Notes under the pieces: generated by a model
Seen by the model: the letters and a program-made list of their open reading frames with translations, nothing else
Databases searched by the model: none
Told to the model about the DNA's origin: nothing
Part shown: positions 35,782-43,473 of the stretch, in pieces
Position numbering within the stretch: the stretch's first letter is position 1
Layout of the letters: each line of letters begins with the position of its first letter
Translations under genes and position numbers: made by a program
Assembly: GCA_035762825.1 (NCBI GenBank)
Contig: DASUCI010000054.1
Span: 1-54,654, forward strand
Source: Gaiellaceae bacterium
GTDB taxonomy: Bacteria > Actinomycetota > Thermoleophilia > Gaiellales > Gaiellaceae
Direction: 5' to 3'
DNA length: 54,654 nt

Positions 35782-37350
35782 TTATGAGCCGTCCGGTCCG
35801 CCCGCGGTTCCCTGCTCGCCGCGGGCGAGGTGGTCACGACCGAGGAACGTGTTCGCCCAGGCGCTTGTGCCCTGCAGCGCGTTGTCCTTGACGACGACGG
35901 GGCCGTCCAGCATCGACTCCTCCTCGCCGTAGGCCTTCAGTCGCTCGTACGCGTCCGACCAGATGCACTCCGTGTCGTACACCTCGCACAGCCCGTCGCG
36001 CGTCCCGCCGCACGGGCCGTTGCGCTGATTCTTCGCGCACTGCGACTCGGGGCAGACGTATGCGATCTCGGGAAGCGAGCAGTCGCCGCAGTCCTTGCAT
36101 CCGAACAGCGGCACCTTGGCGGTCTGCTCGAGGGCGTGGGCCACCCGGCGAACCGTCTTCGGGGCCTTGTCGATTCCGCTGTAGACACGCCGTCCGGTCT
36201 CGAACAGCGGGGCGTCGCGCGCGAACACCGTGCCGTGCAGGCGACGGCTGAGCCGGTACTTGACGGGAACGCGCAGCTCGGTCCGCCGCCGCCGCTTCGA
36301 CTCGAGGTACGCGGCGTTCACGGCGTCGGTCGAGAGGCCCGTCTCGGGGTCGCGCTCGAAGAAGTGGAACTCCTGGGGGCGCGCGAACTGGACCTCGCGT
36401 GCGAGGTCGCGCCAGTCGCCGGGGGCGAAGGCGTCGGCGCGGTCGATGATCTCGGCGAACGTCTCCGCAGGCATGTGGCCGCCGAGGTAGACGCCGTCGA
36501 AGCCGAGGCCGCGCACGACCGCGAGATGCTTCGAGGCGAGGTCGACGAAGAAGGCGCGGCCCTGGTCCGGGCTGGCGCCGTGCCGCTCCGCGAGCGCGAG
36601 CAGCTCGTCGGACACGAGGATGCCGGGGATGATCCCGCGGTGAAACGCGCGCGCGGCCGTGCGAGAGAGCAGATAGACGTTCCCGACGACGTGCAGGTCC
36701 AGGTCTTCGCGGCGGATCCAGCGGAGGAGCTCGTCGTCCTTGCGCGTGTTCCAGCCTGCCTGGTTGATGACGAAGCGCGCACCTGCGCGGACCTTCTTGC
36801 GCAGCTTGAAGTACTGGGGCATCACCTCGCGCTCGAGCAGCTTGTGGTTCGTGACGACGCAGCCGAGGAAGAAGTCGGTCCGCTCGAGAGGCGTCTCCGG
36901 CGTGCGCGTGTCGGGCAGACCGGCATTCATCTCCGAGAAGAGGCTGATGAGCCCCACCGAGTCGATGTCGAAGACGGGGGCCGCGAGACCTCGATGACCC
37001 ATCACCGGGTAGTCGCCCGACATCGCGAGCACGTTCTGGAAGCCCGCCGAGCTCAGCTGCCAGCCGCGGCTCTCGAGCGCGTTGCGATTCCAGTCCTTGC
37101 AGGCGAGGTGGATGATCACCTCCTGCCCGCGCGAGATGAGGTCGGTTCCGAGCGCGTCAGGCGAGAGCATCGCGTGCCCGCCGGGGTTGTCGGTGATCGA
37201 GAGGACGTCGATCCTCGGGTCGGCGGCGAGATCCCTCGCGAGAGCCAGCACCCGCGCCCCTCCTTCGGAGCTGATCGGGCCGCGGCTCGTGACGAGCTCC
37301 GCGGCCACGACGAAGCCGTCCGGCTGGGCGAGGGCGTCGCGGAAGCGCAC
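35782..37350 (-). CDS. metF: methylenetetrahydrofolate reductase fused to an MTHFR C-terminal (MetV-like, Cys-rich) domain
   Basis: 522 aa. The N-terminal ~300 aa form an MTHFR barrel (SITDNPGG..., LAMSGDYP). The C-terminus is Cys-rich (FGCKDCGDCSLPEIAYVCPESQCAKNQRNGPCGG...C), as in MetV. GTG 37350 lies 4 nt after the upstream stop. Confidence 0.75.
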   Translation of the reverse strand: MRFRDALAQPDGFVVAAELVTSRGPISSEGGARVLALARDLAADPRIDVLSITDNPGGHAMLSPDALGTDLISRGQEVIIHLACKDWNRNALESRGWQLSSAGFQNVLAMSGDYPVMGHRGLAAPVFDIDSVGLISLFSEMNAGLPDTRTPETPLERTDFFLGCVVTNHKLLEREVMPQYFKLRKKVRAGARFVINQAGWNTRKDDELLRWIRREDLDLHVVGNVYLLSRTAARAFHRGIIPGILVSDELLALAERHGASPDQGRAFFVDLASKHLAVVRGLGFDGVYLGGHMPAETFAEIIDRADAFAPGDWRDLAREVQFARPQEFHFFERDPETGLSTDAVNAAYLESKRRRRTELRVPVKYRLSRRLHGTVFARDAPLFETGRRVYSGIDKAPKTVRRVAHALEQTAKVPLFGCKDCGDCSLPEIAYVCPESQCAKNQRNGPCGGTRDGLCEVYDTECIWSDAYERLKAYGEEESMLDGPVVVKDNALQGTSAWANTFLGRDHLARGEQGTAGGPDGS

Positions 37351-37354
37351 GTCG

Positions 37355-38311
37355 TCAGCCCTCTCTGCCGACGTCGGGCGTTCCGTATGTGTGGAAGCTC
37401 TCGATCGTCTGCACGCCCCAGTACTGGCCCCGCGCGCGCTCTGCGGGGGTCCACGTGATGGGCTCGAAGTCCGGGTCGTACACGAAGTAGCCCCCGGTCG
37501 TGACCTCGATCCGGTTGCCTCCGGGCTCGAAGCCGTACAGGAAGAACCCTTGCGCGACTCCGTGTTTCGACGGTGCCGCTTCGATCGGGACGTCCGCGTC
37601 GACGAAGAGGTCCGCGGCCCGCAGGCACTCCTCGCGCGTGTCGACCCAGAAGGCGAGGTGGTGGAGCCGTCCCGTCGCGCCGTGGGCGTCCGCGACGTAG
37701 ATGAGCTCGTGCGCCGCGATCGTGAGGCTCATCCAGGCACCGGTCTCGGTTCCGTCGTCGAGCTCGATCCGCTCGTACAGGCGGTAACCGAGCACGTTCC
37801 TTGCGAACGTGCTGTTCGCGCGGACATCGGCCGCCAGCAGGTTCACGTGGTCGAGCCGCTTGACCGCCGCTCCCCTGCCGAGGTAGCGCTGTGGCTGATT
37901 CCTCCAGGACGGCCGCAGGTGCTTGGGCGGCTCGTAGCGCTCGGCCTCGTAATAGAGCTCGAAGACGTGGCCGTCGGGGTCCGTGAAGCGGTATGCCCGG
38001 CCGTGGCCTACGTCTCCTTCGATCCATCCGAGCCCGAGCCCCGTCGCCTCGACGGCCGCGACCCGGCGGTCGAGCGCCTCGGGGCTCCATGCCCGCAGCG
38101 CGACGTGCCCGAGCCCCGCCTGCGACGACTCCGTGAGCTTCAGGCTGTAGCGGAGGTAGTCGCCCCAGCCCCGGAGGAAGACGGACTGCCCGTCGCGGGC
38201 CTCTTCCTCCATGCCGAGCACGTCGGCGAAGAAGCGGAGGCTCGCCTCGGGCTTCGGGGTGAGGAGCTCCGCATGGCCGATCCGGGCGAGATCGTGGATC
38301 GGCTCGCTCAT
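37355..38311 (-). CDS. type I (VOC, two-domain, XylE-like) extradiol ring-cleavage dioxygenase
   Basis: 318 aa. Candidate 2-His-1-carboxylate ligands lie in RLDHVNL, RLHHLAFW and FEPGGNRIEV, spaced as in catechol 2,3-dioxygenases. ATG overlaps the upstream stop (ATGA). Confidence 0.8.
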   Translation of the reverse strand: MSEPIHDLARIGHAELLTPKPEASLRFFADVLGMEEEARDGQSVFLRGWGDYLRYSLKLTESSQAGLGHVALRAWSPEALDRRVAAVEATGLGLGWIEGDVGHGRAYRFTDPDGHVFELYYEAERYEPPKHLRPSWRNQPQRYLGRGAAVKRLDHVNLLAADVRANSTFARNVLGYRLYERIELDDGTETGAWMSLTIAAHELIYVADAHGATGRLHHLAFWVDTREECLRAADLFVDADVPIEAAPSKHGVAQGFFLYGFEPGGNRIEVTTGGYFVYDPDFEPITWTPAERARGQYWGVQTIESFHTYGTPDVGREG

Positions 38312-38925
38312 TGCTCGACGAGCTGCCGCAGGCCGTCGAGGTCGTACGAGCGCTCGCCGGCCTCGAGCTTCGCTCGCTTCTCGCGCTCGCGCGCCTCGCG
38401 CGCGAGGCCAGCCTTCAGAACCTCGTCGATCCGCTCCCGCTCGACGACGACTGCTCCGTCCGCGTCGAGCACGACCACGTCTCCCTGACGGATCGTCGCC
38501 CCGGCGACCTCGACGGGCTCGCCGATCACGCCCGGAGCCTGCTTCTCGGCTCCGGTGACGCGGACGTACCGCGCCCAGATCGGCAACCCGACAGCTCGGA
38601 GCTCGTCGAGGTCGCGCACCGCAGCGTCCACGAGCAGCGCCGCGAGGCCTGCGACCTTCGCCTGCGTCGCAAGCAGCTCGCCGACGAGTGCGACCGGCCT
38701 CGGCTCGGGCATCGTGAGGACGAGCACCTCGCCAGGCTCCGCCTCGGCCACGGCCGCGTGGACCATGAGGTTGTCGTCCTGGCCGCAGCGCACGGTCCGC
38801 GCCGCGCCGGCCGCACGCGAGCCCGGCACGACCTGGAGCAGCGGCACGTCGACGACGCGGGCGCGGCCCGCCGCCTCGTGCACCGTGGCGGTTCCCAGCC
38901 GGGCGAGCTCGGTGAATTCCGTCAC
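38308..38925 (-). CDS. RraA-fold class II aldolase, LigK/GalC-like (4-carboxy-4-hydroxy-2-oxoadipate aldolase / oxaloacetate decarboxylase)
   Basis: 205 aa (TATVHEAAG..., DDNLMVHAAV..AEPGEVLVL, GELLATQAKVAGLAALLVDAAVRD...GLPIWAR, GDVVVLDADGAVVV). GTG 38925 overlaps the upstream stop (GTGA). Confidence 0.7.
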   Translation of the reverse strand: MTEFTELARLGTATVHEAAGRARVVDVPLLQVVPGSRAAGAARTVRCGQDDNLMVHAAVAEAEPGEVLVLTMPEPRPVALVGELLATQAKVAGLAALLVDAAVRDLDELRAVGLPIWARYVRVTGAEKQAPGVIGEPVEVAGATIRQGDVVVLDADGAVVVERERIDEVLKAGLAREAREREKRAKLEAGERSYDLDGLRQLVEQ

Positions 38926-39635
38926 AGGGCGCTCACCACCTGCGGCGTGACGCGCTGGAACGCCTCGGCGTGGCGAATCGCCGCGTTCCCCGACGAGCGC
39001 CGGGCGTGGTTGGCGCGCTGCTCGGCGCGCTGCGAGTAGTACGTGTGGAGGTACGACTGCGCCTTCATCTCCGCCATCGCGGCGTTCTTCTGCTCGATCA
39101 CCGGCGTGATGTCCACGAAGGTCGTGGGCACGAAGTTGCACAGCTCGGGCTGGTGCGGCTCGAAGAGCAGCAGCTCCGGCGGCTCGACCGTCTCGAACGC
39201 GCTCGGGACGCCCGCGCCGGCGGCGAGTGCGCGAGCCTTCTCGACGGCGAAGAACGCGGCTGCGTGGTCCGGGTTGAACGGGTCGCGATCGGTGTGTGTG
39301 AGGACCACGTCGGGAGCGAACGCGCGGATCCCGTCGGCGATCGCACCGAGTGCTTCGCTGTCGACCTCGAGAGGGTAGTCCCCGAGATCGAGGCACTCGA
39401 ACTCGGCACCGAGCGCCGCAGCCGCCCGCTCCGCCTCGCCGTGGCGGATCTCCTTCACGCGCTCGACGGTCTGTCCCTCCTTCTTCCAGAGCTCGCCGGA
39501 CTCCCCGCGCTCGCCGTAGGAGAGCGCGAGCACGCGCGCCGTGCCGCCGTTCGTCGTCGCGACTGCGATCGCGCCACCGGCCCGCCAGACGAAGTCGGCG
39601 GAGTGCGCGCCGATCACGAGGAGCTTGCGGCTCAC
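38922..39635 (-). CDS. PIG-L/LmbE family protein, GalB-like candidate 4-oxalomesaconate hydratase
   Basis: 237 aa (LLVIGAHSADFVWRAGGAIA, LSYGERGES, DPFNPDH, FEPHQPE). GTG 39635 overlaps the upstream stop (GTGA). Confidence 0.65.
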   Translation of the reverse strand: MSRKLLVIGAHSADFVWRAGGAIAVATTNGGTARVLALSYGERGESGELWKKEGQTVERVKEIRHGEAERAAAALGAEFECLDLGDYPLEVDSEALGAIADGIRAFAPDVVLTHTDRDPFNPDHAAAFFAVEKARALAAGAGVPSAFETVEPPELLLFEPHQPELCNFVPTTFVDITPVIEQKNAAMAEMKAQSYLHTYYSQRAEQRANHARRSSGNAAIRHAEAFQRVTPQVVSAL

Positions 39636-40558
39636 GAGGCACCGGCCAGGCGTCGCGACTGCCCCACGATCAGCTCGCGCACCTCGTCCTCGTCGAACCG
39701 TGCGCCGAGCAGGCGGTCGGCCCAGAGCGCGAGCCCGTCCTCGACCGGCGGATAGTCGGGGTTCCCGCAGTCGCTCGAGAAGAGCGAGTGCTCGACGCCG
39801 ACCGCGCGCACGCCGTCGAAGACGTGCTCCCACTCGGTCTTTCCGGACAGCGGCGTGCTGAGGCACCGCTCGAGCAGGCACCCGCGCTCCGCGAGAGTGC
39901 GTTGATCGTCGAGCGAGAAGTTCTGACAGGGGAACTCCGGGTGCGTGACGACGATGCGTGCCACGCCTTCCTCGAGCGCTGCGTCGACGACCGCGAAGGT
40001 GTCGTCGCGACCGAGGTGGCCCGTGGCGAGTACGAGGTCGTGGCGTGCGATCGCGCGCAGCACGTCACGCGCCTCGGGAAGAAGGCGCCCGTCGGGATCG
40101 GTGACGTGTACCGCGTCGATGCTGAGACCCAGGCCCCGCAGCTCGTGCTGGAGCTGGGCCCACTGCGGCACCTTGTCTCCGTCCCTCGGCTGGGTCCTCC
40201 CGGCCGTCTCCGCGGGGGAGTCGACCGTCGGCATCCAGACGATCGCGGCGCCCTCGCGCGCTGCGATCTCGACGGCGAGGGCATTCATGCCGCCGACGGC
40301 CCAGTTCAGCGTGAGCGTGCCGACCACCTGCACGTCGGCGACGAGACTCGAGACGACCTGCGCGCGCTCGGCGGTCGAGGTGTAGTGCGACTTCAGGGCA
40401 AAGCCCGCGAGCCCGAGCTCGGCGAAGCGCTGCGCGAGCGTGCGGTCGTCGATCCGTCGCCGGGGCACGTCCGGCGCGACGTGGACGTGCAGGTCGTAGG
40501 CGCCCTCCACGAGCACCCGGGCCCGTTCGCTCGGAGAGGTCGCGACGACCTGGGTCAC
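39632..40558 (-). CDS. amidohydrolase-superfamily-like TIM-barrel protein (DxHxH), function unassigned
   Basis: 308 aa with N-terminal YDLHVHVAPD, then KSHY, ATGH and SDCG as candidate metal-ligand positions. GTG 40558 overlaps the upstream stop (GTGA). Confidence 0.5.
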   Translation of the reverse strand: MTQVVATSPSERARVLVEGAYDLHVHVAPDVPRRRIDDRTLAQRFAELGLAGFALKSHYTSTAERAQVVSSLVADVQVVGTLTLNWAVGGMNALAVEIAAREGAAIVWMPTVDSPAETAGRTQPRDGDKVPQWAQLQHELRGLGLSIDAVHVTDPDGRLLPEARDVLRAIARHDLVLATGHLGRDDTFAVVDAALEEGVARIVVTHPEFPCQNFSLDDQRTLAERGCLLERCLSTPLSGKTEWEHVFDGVRAVGVEHSLFSSDCGNPDYPPVEDGLALWADRLLGARFDEDEVRELIVGQSRRLAGAS

Positions 40559-41352
40559 GATCGCACCCCGCGTCCGTGCGAAGCGAGCTCGGCCAGCTGC
40601 GCGGCGCTGGCGGATGCGATGCGCGGCTCGACTCCGAGCTCGACCAGCAGGTCGCGCGCGGCTTCCATCTCGTCGACGCGACGCGCGGCGTGCGTCCGGC
40701 TACCCTCGAGTGCCCGCTCGAGATACGGCCGGCCGATCATTCCGGCGATCTCCTTCGCGAGCCAGTCCGCGTGGCCCGCGATCTCCGCCGCCTGCATGCT
40801 CTCGACCACGGCGGCGGCGAGCCCCTTCATGAACACCGAGCGCACCAGCTTGAGCGCAGCTGCGTCCCCGGCGTGCTCCGAGAGCACCTCGACGGGCATC
40901 CCGAGGGGCTCGAACAGCCCGGCGAACGCCGCCGCACCCGGCCCCGACGCGAGCACGGGAGCGCGCAGCCCGTGCTGCGGGAGCGGCCCGAGGAGGGCGA
41001 CGTCGACGAACGGCAGCGCAGCCTCCCCGACGAGCGCCGCGAGCTCGCGCTTCAGGTCCGGCGAGGCGGTGTTCAGGTCCGCGTAGATCGTCGACGCCGA
41101 GAGCACGGGGAGGACTTGGGCCGCCGCGTCGAGCGCGGCCCGCGCGCCGTTCACGCTCAACACGACGTCGCTGCCGGCTGCTGCCGAGCCGGCATCGGAA
41201 GCCCTCAAGATCGACGGGACGTCACGGTCGGGATCGGGGTCGTAGCCGCGCACCTCCACACCGGCGGCGGCGAGGTCGGCCGCGAGGCGGCTCCCGGCCT
41301 CACCGAGACCGAGCACCGCGACGGCCCGTGCGCTTCGATCCACGGCTGACAT
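40555..41352 (-). CDS. NAD(P)-dependent dehydrogenase, 6-phosphogluconate-dehydrogenase-type Rossmann domain with DUF1932-like C-terminus
   Basis: 265 aa starting MSAVDRSARAVAVLGLGEAGSRLAADL (GxGxxG). The C-terminal helical domain is (KLVRSVFMKGLAA). The upstream 327 aa of ORF 40555..42333 are shadow sequence antisense to the GntR and ligM-like genes. Confidence 0.6.
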   Translation of the reverse strand: MSAVDRSARAVAVLGLGEAGSRLAADLAAAGVEVRGYDPDPDRDVPSILRASDAGSAAAGSDVVLSVNGARAALDAAAQVLPVLSASTIYADLNTASPDLKRELAALVGEAALPFVDVALLGPLPQHGLRAPVLASGPGAAAFAGLFEPLGMPVEVLSEHAGDAAALKLVRSVFMKGLAAAVVESMQAAEIAGHADWLAKEIAGMIGRPYLERALEGSRTHAARRVDEMEAARDLLVELGVEPRIASASAAQLAELASHGRGVRS

Positions 41353-41365
41353 GAAAACAGAATTG

Positions 41366-41394
41366 TTGACGATTTTCGCGACATTCCGCAGAAT
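41366..41394 (+). promoter_or_regulatory. sigma-70-like promoter for the GntR/ligM-like-2 unit
   Basis: TTGACG (41366..41371), a 17-nt spacer, then CAGAAT (41389..41394). The ATG at 41407 is only 12 nt downstream, so the leader is very short or absent. The 54-nt spacer is AT-rich. Confidence 0.45.
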
Positions 41395-41406
41395 CGGTGG
41401 CGCACG

Positions 41407-42069
41407 ATGGCCGTCACCTCGAGCTACGACGCCCTCCGCGCGGCCATCGTCCGCGGCGACATCGCGCCCGACGCGCGCCTCGTCGAAGCCGACCTCTCGA
41501 CGACGTTCGCGATGTCGCGCGGGGCCGTGCGCACCGCGCTCATCCGCCTCGAGCAGGACGGGCTCGTCGTCCGCGAGCCTCATCGGGGCGCACGCGTTCG
41601 GCGCGTCTCGGACGCCGAGGCGGTCGAGATCCTGCAAGCTCGCGCGGTTCTCGAAGGCCTCGCCGTCCGGCAGGCCGCCGACCGCATCGACCATGCGGGC
41701 GCCGCCCGTCTCCAGAGCTGCATCGCCCGTCAACGCGAGCTTCTCGAGAACGGCGACCTCCTCGGCGCGTCGGAGGTGAACGCCGAGCTGCACGCCACGC
41801 TGCTCGAGCTCTCCGGCCACGCGACCGCTATGCGTCTCATCGAGAGCCTGAACGCCCAGACGGTCCGCTACCAGTACCGCACGATCCTCATCCCGGGGCG
41901 TCCGGGCGCGTCCGTGGCTGAGCACGCTGCGATCGTCGAGGCGGTGACCGCCGGGAACGAGGACGAGGCGGAGCTGGCGATGCGGAGACATCTCCTCAAC
42001 GTCGCCGAGGCAGTGCGGGGTGGACGGCTGCCGGGCGGTATCGACAATGCGAGCCGCGGTGTCCTCTAG
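41407..42069 (+). CDS. GntR family transcriptional regulator (FadR/FCD subfamily)
   Basis: wHTH (EADLSTTFAMSRGAVRTALIRLEQDGLV) plus an FCD domain (NAELHATLLEL...EHAAIVEAV). Confidence 0.85.
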   Translation: MAVTSSYDALRAAIVRGDIAPDARLVEADLSTTFAMSRGAVRTALIRLEQDGLVVREPHRGARVRRVSDAEAVEILQARAVLEGLAVRQAADRIDHAGAARLQSCIARQRELLENGDLLGASEVNAELHATLLELSGHATAMRLIESLNAQTVRYQYRTILIPGRPGASVAEHAAIVEAVTAGNEDEAELAMRRHLLNVAEAVRGGRLPGGIDNASRGVL

Positions 42070-43456
42070 TCCTAGCCTCGAAGATCTGCTGGCCACGGCC
42101 GGGAACCCGGTCGAGCTGCTCCGCAACTCGCCGGCGGGCCCCAACGTGTACCCGGTCGTGCCTCCGGAGTTCACGAACTGGCGCGACGAGCAGAGGGCGT
42201 GGCAGACGACGTGCGTCCTCTTCAACCTCTCGTACCACATGAACGACCTGGCGGTCGAGGGCCCGGATGCCCTCGAGCTCCTCTCCCGGCTCGCCGTCAA
42301 CAGCTTCGACGGATTCGCGGGCGATCGTGCCAAGCACTACGTGCCGTGCAGCCCCGACGGATATGTGATCGGCGACGTCATTCTCTTCGCGCTGGGCGAG
42401 AACCGATTCAACCTCGTCGGCCGCGCCCCGGCCCTCAGCTGGATCATGTACCACGCGGAGACGGGCGGCTACGACGTCGCGGTCGAGCTCGACGTGAGGT
42501 CTGCGCTGCGCACCGACGGCCGCAGGAGGTCGTATCGCTTCCAGGTGCAAGGCCCCACCGCGATGCAGGTGATCGAGAAGGCGCTCGGCGGCACTCCGCC
42601 CGAGCTCGAGTTCTTCCATACGACGCCGGTGACCATCGCCGGCACGACCGCCGGCGCCTTGCGGCACGGCATGGTCGGACAACCGGGCTGGGAGCTCTTC
42701 GGGCCCTGGGACGACGGGGAGGCCGTGCACGAGGCGCTCGTCGCGGCCGGGGAGGAGTCCGGGCTCCGGCTCGCGGGTGCACGCGCGTACTCGTCCAACA
42801 CGCTCGAGTCCGGCTGGATCCCCTCGCCGCTTCCGGCCGTGTACTCCGGTGAGAGGATGAAGGCCTACCGCGAATGGCTGCCCGCGGCGGGGTACGAGGG
42901 GTCCGCGTCCATCGGCGGCAGCTTCGTCTCCGCGGACATCGAGGACTACTACTTCACTCCCTGGGACCTCGGATACGGGAGCTACGTCAAGTTCGACCAC
43001 GACTTCATCGGGCGCGAGGCGCTGGAGGCGATGGCGAAGGGAGAGCACCGCCGGAAGGTCACGCTGGCGCTCGACGACGAGGACGTCACCCGCACGATCG
43101 CAACCATGTTCGAGCAGGACGAGCGTGCGAAGTTCATCGACTGGCCGTCGGCGGTGTACTCGATGCATCAGTACGACCGGGTGACCGTGGAGGGGGAGAC
43201 CGTCGGCGTCTCGACCTGGATCGGCTACAGCGCGAACGAGGGCAAGCTGCTCACGCTCGCCGTGCTGGACGCCGAGCATGCCGAGCCCGGCACCGACGTG
43301 ACGTTCGTCTGGGGAGAGGAGGACGGCGGCACGGCCAAGCCCACAGTGGAGCCACACGTGCAGGTCGAGCTCGGCGCCGTGGTCAGCCCGGCGCCCTACG
43401 TGGAAGCCGTACGCAGGTCCTACGCACCCGGCGGCTGGCGCGCACAACATCCCTAG
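42047..43456 (+). CDS. tetrahydrofolate-dependent aryl O-demethylase, LigM/DesA-like, paralogue 2
   Basis: 469 aa from MRAAVSSSPSLEDLL. It shares the blocks of the 34345..35739 product (ELLRNSPAGPNVYPVVPPEFTNWRDEQRAWQ, YRFQVQGPTAMQVIEK, NTLESGWIPSPLPAVYSGERMKAYREWLPA, VKFDHDFIGREALEAM, RKVTLA). It overlaps the GntR end by 23 nt. Confidence 0.85.
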   Translation: MRAAVSSSPSLEDLLATAGNPVELLRNSPAGPNVYPVVPPEFTNWRDEQRAWQTTCVLFNLSYHMNDLAVEGPDALELLSRLAVNSFDGFAGDRAKHYVPCSPDGYVIGDVILFALGENRFNLVGRAPALSWIMYHAETGGYDVAVELDVRSALRTDGRRRSYRFQVQGPTAMQVIEKALGGTPPELEFFHTTPVTIAGTTAGALRHGMVGQPGWELFGPWDDGEAVHEALVAAGEESGLRLAGARAYSSNTLESGWIPSPLPAVYSGERMKAYREWLPAAGYEGSASIGGSFVSADIEDYYFTPWDLGYGSYVKFDHDFIGREALEAMAKGEHRRKVTLALDDEDVTRTIATMFEQDERAKFIDWPSAVYSMHQYDRVTVEGETVGVSTWIGYSANEGKLLTLAVLDAEHAEPGTDVTFVWGEEDGGTAKPTVEPHVQVELGAVVSPAPYVEAVRRSYAPGGWRAQHP

Positions 43457-43473
43457 CGGGATGCCGCCGAGCG

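Noticed and set aside
35830-37458. 542-aa plus-strand ORF antisense to the MetF-MetV gene.
   Set aside because: It is a shadow ORF. The minus frame carries the MTHFR and Cys-rich MetV-like signatures.
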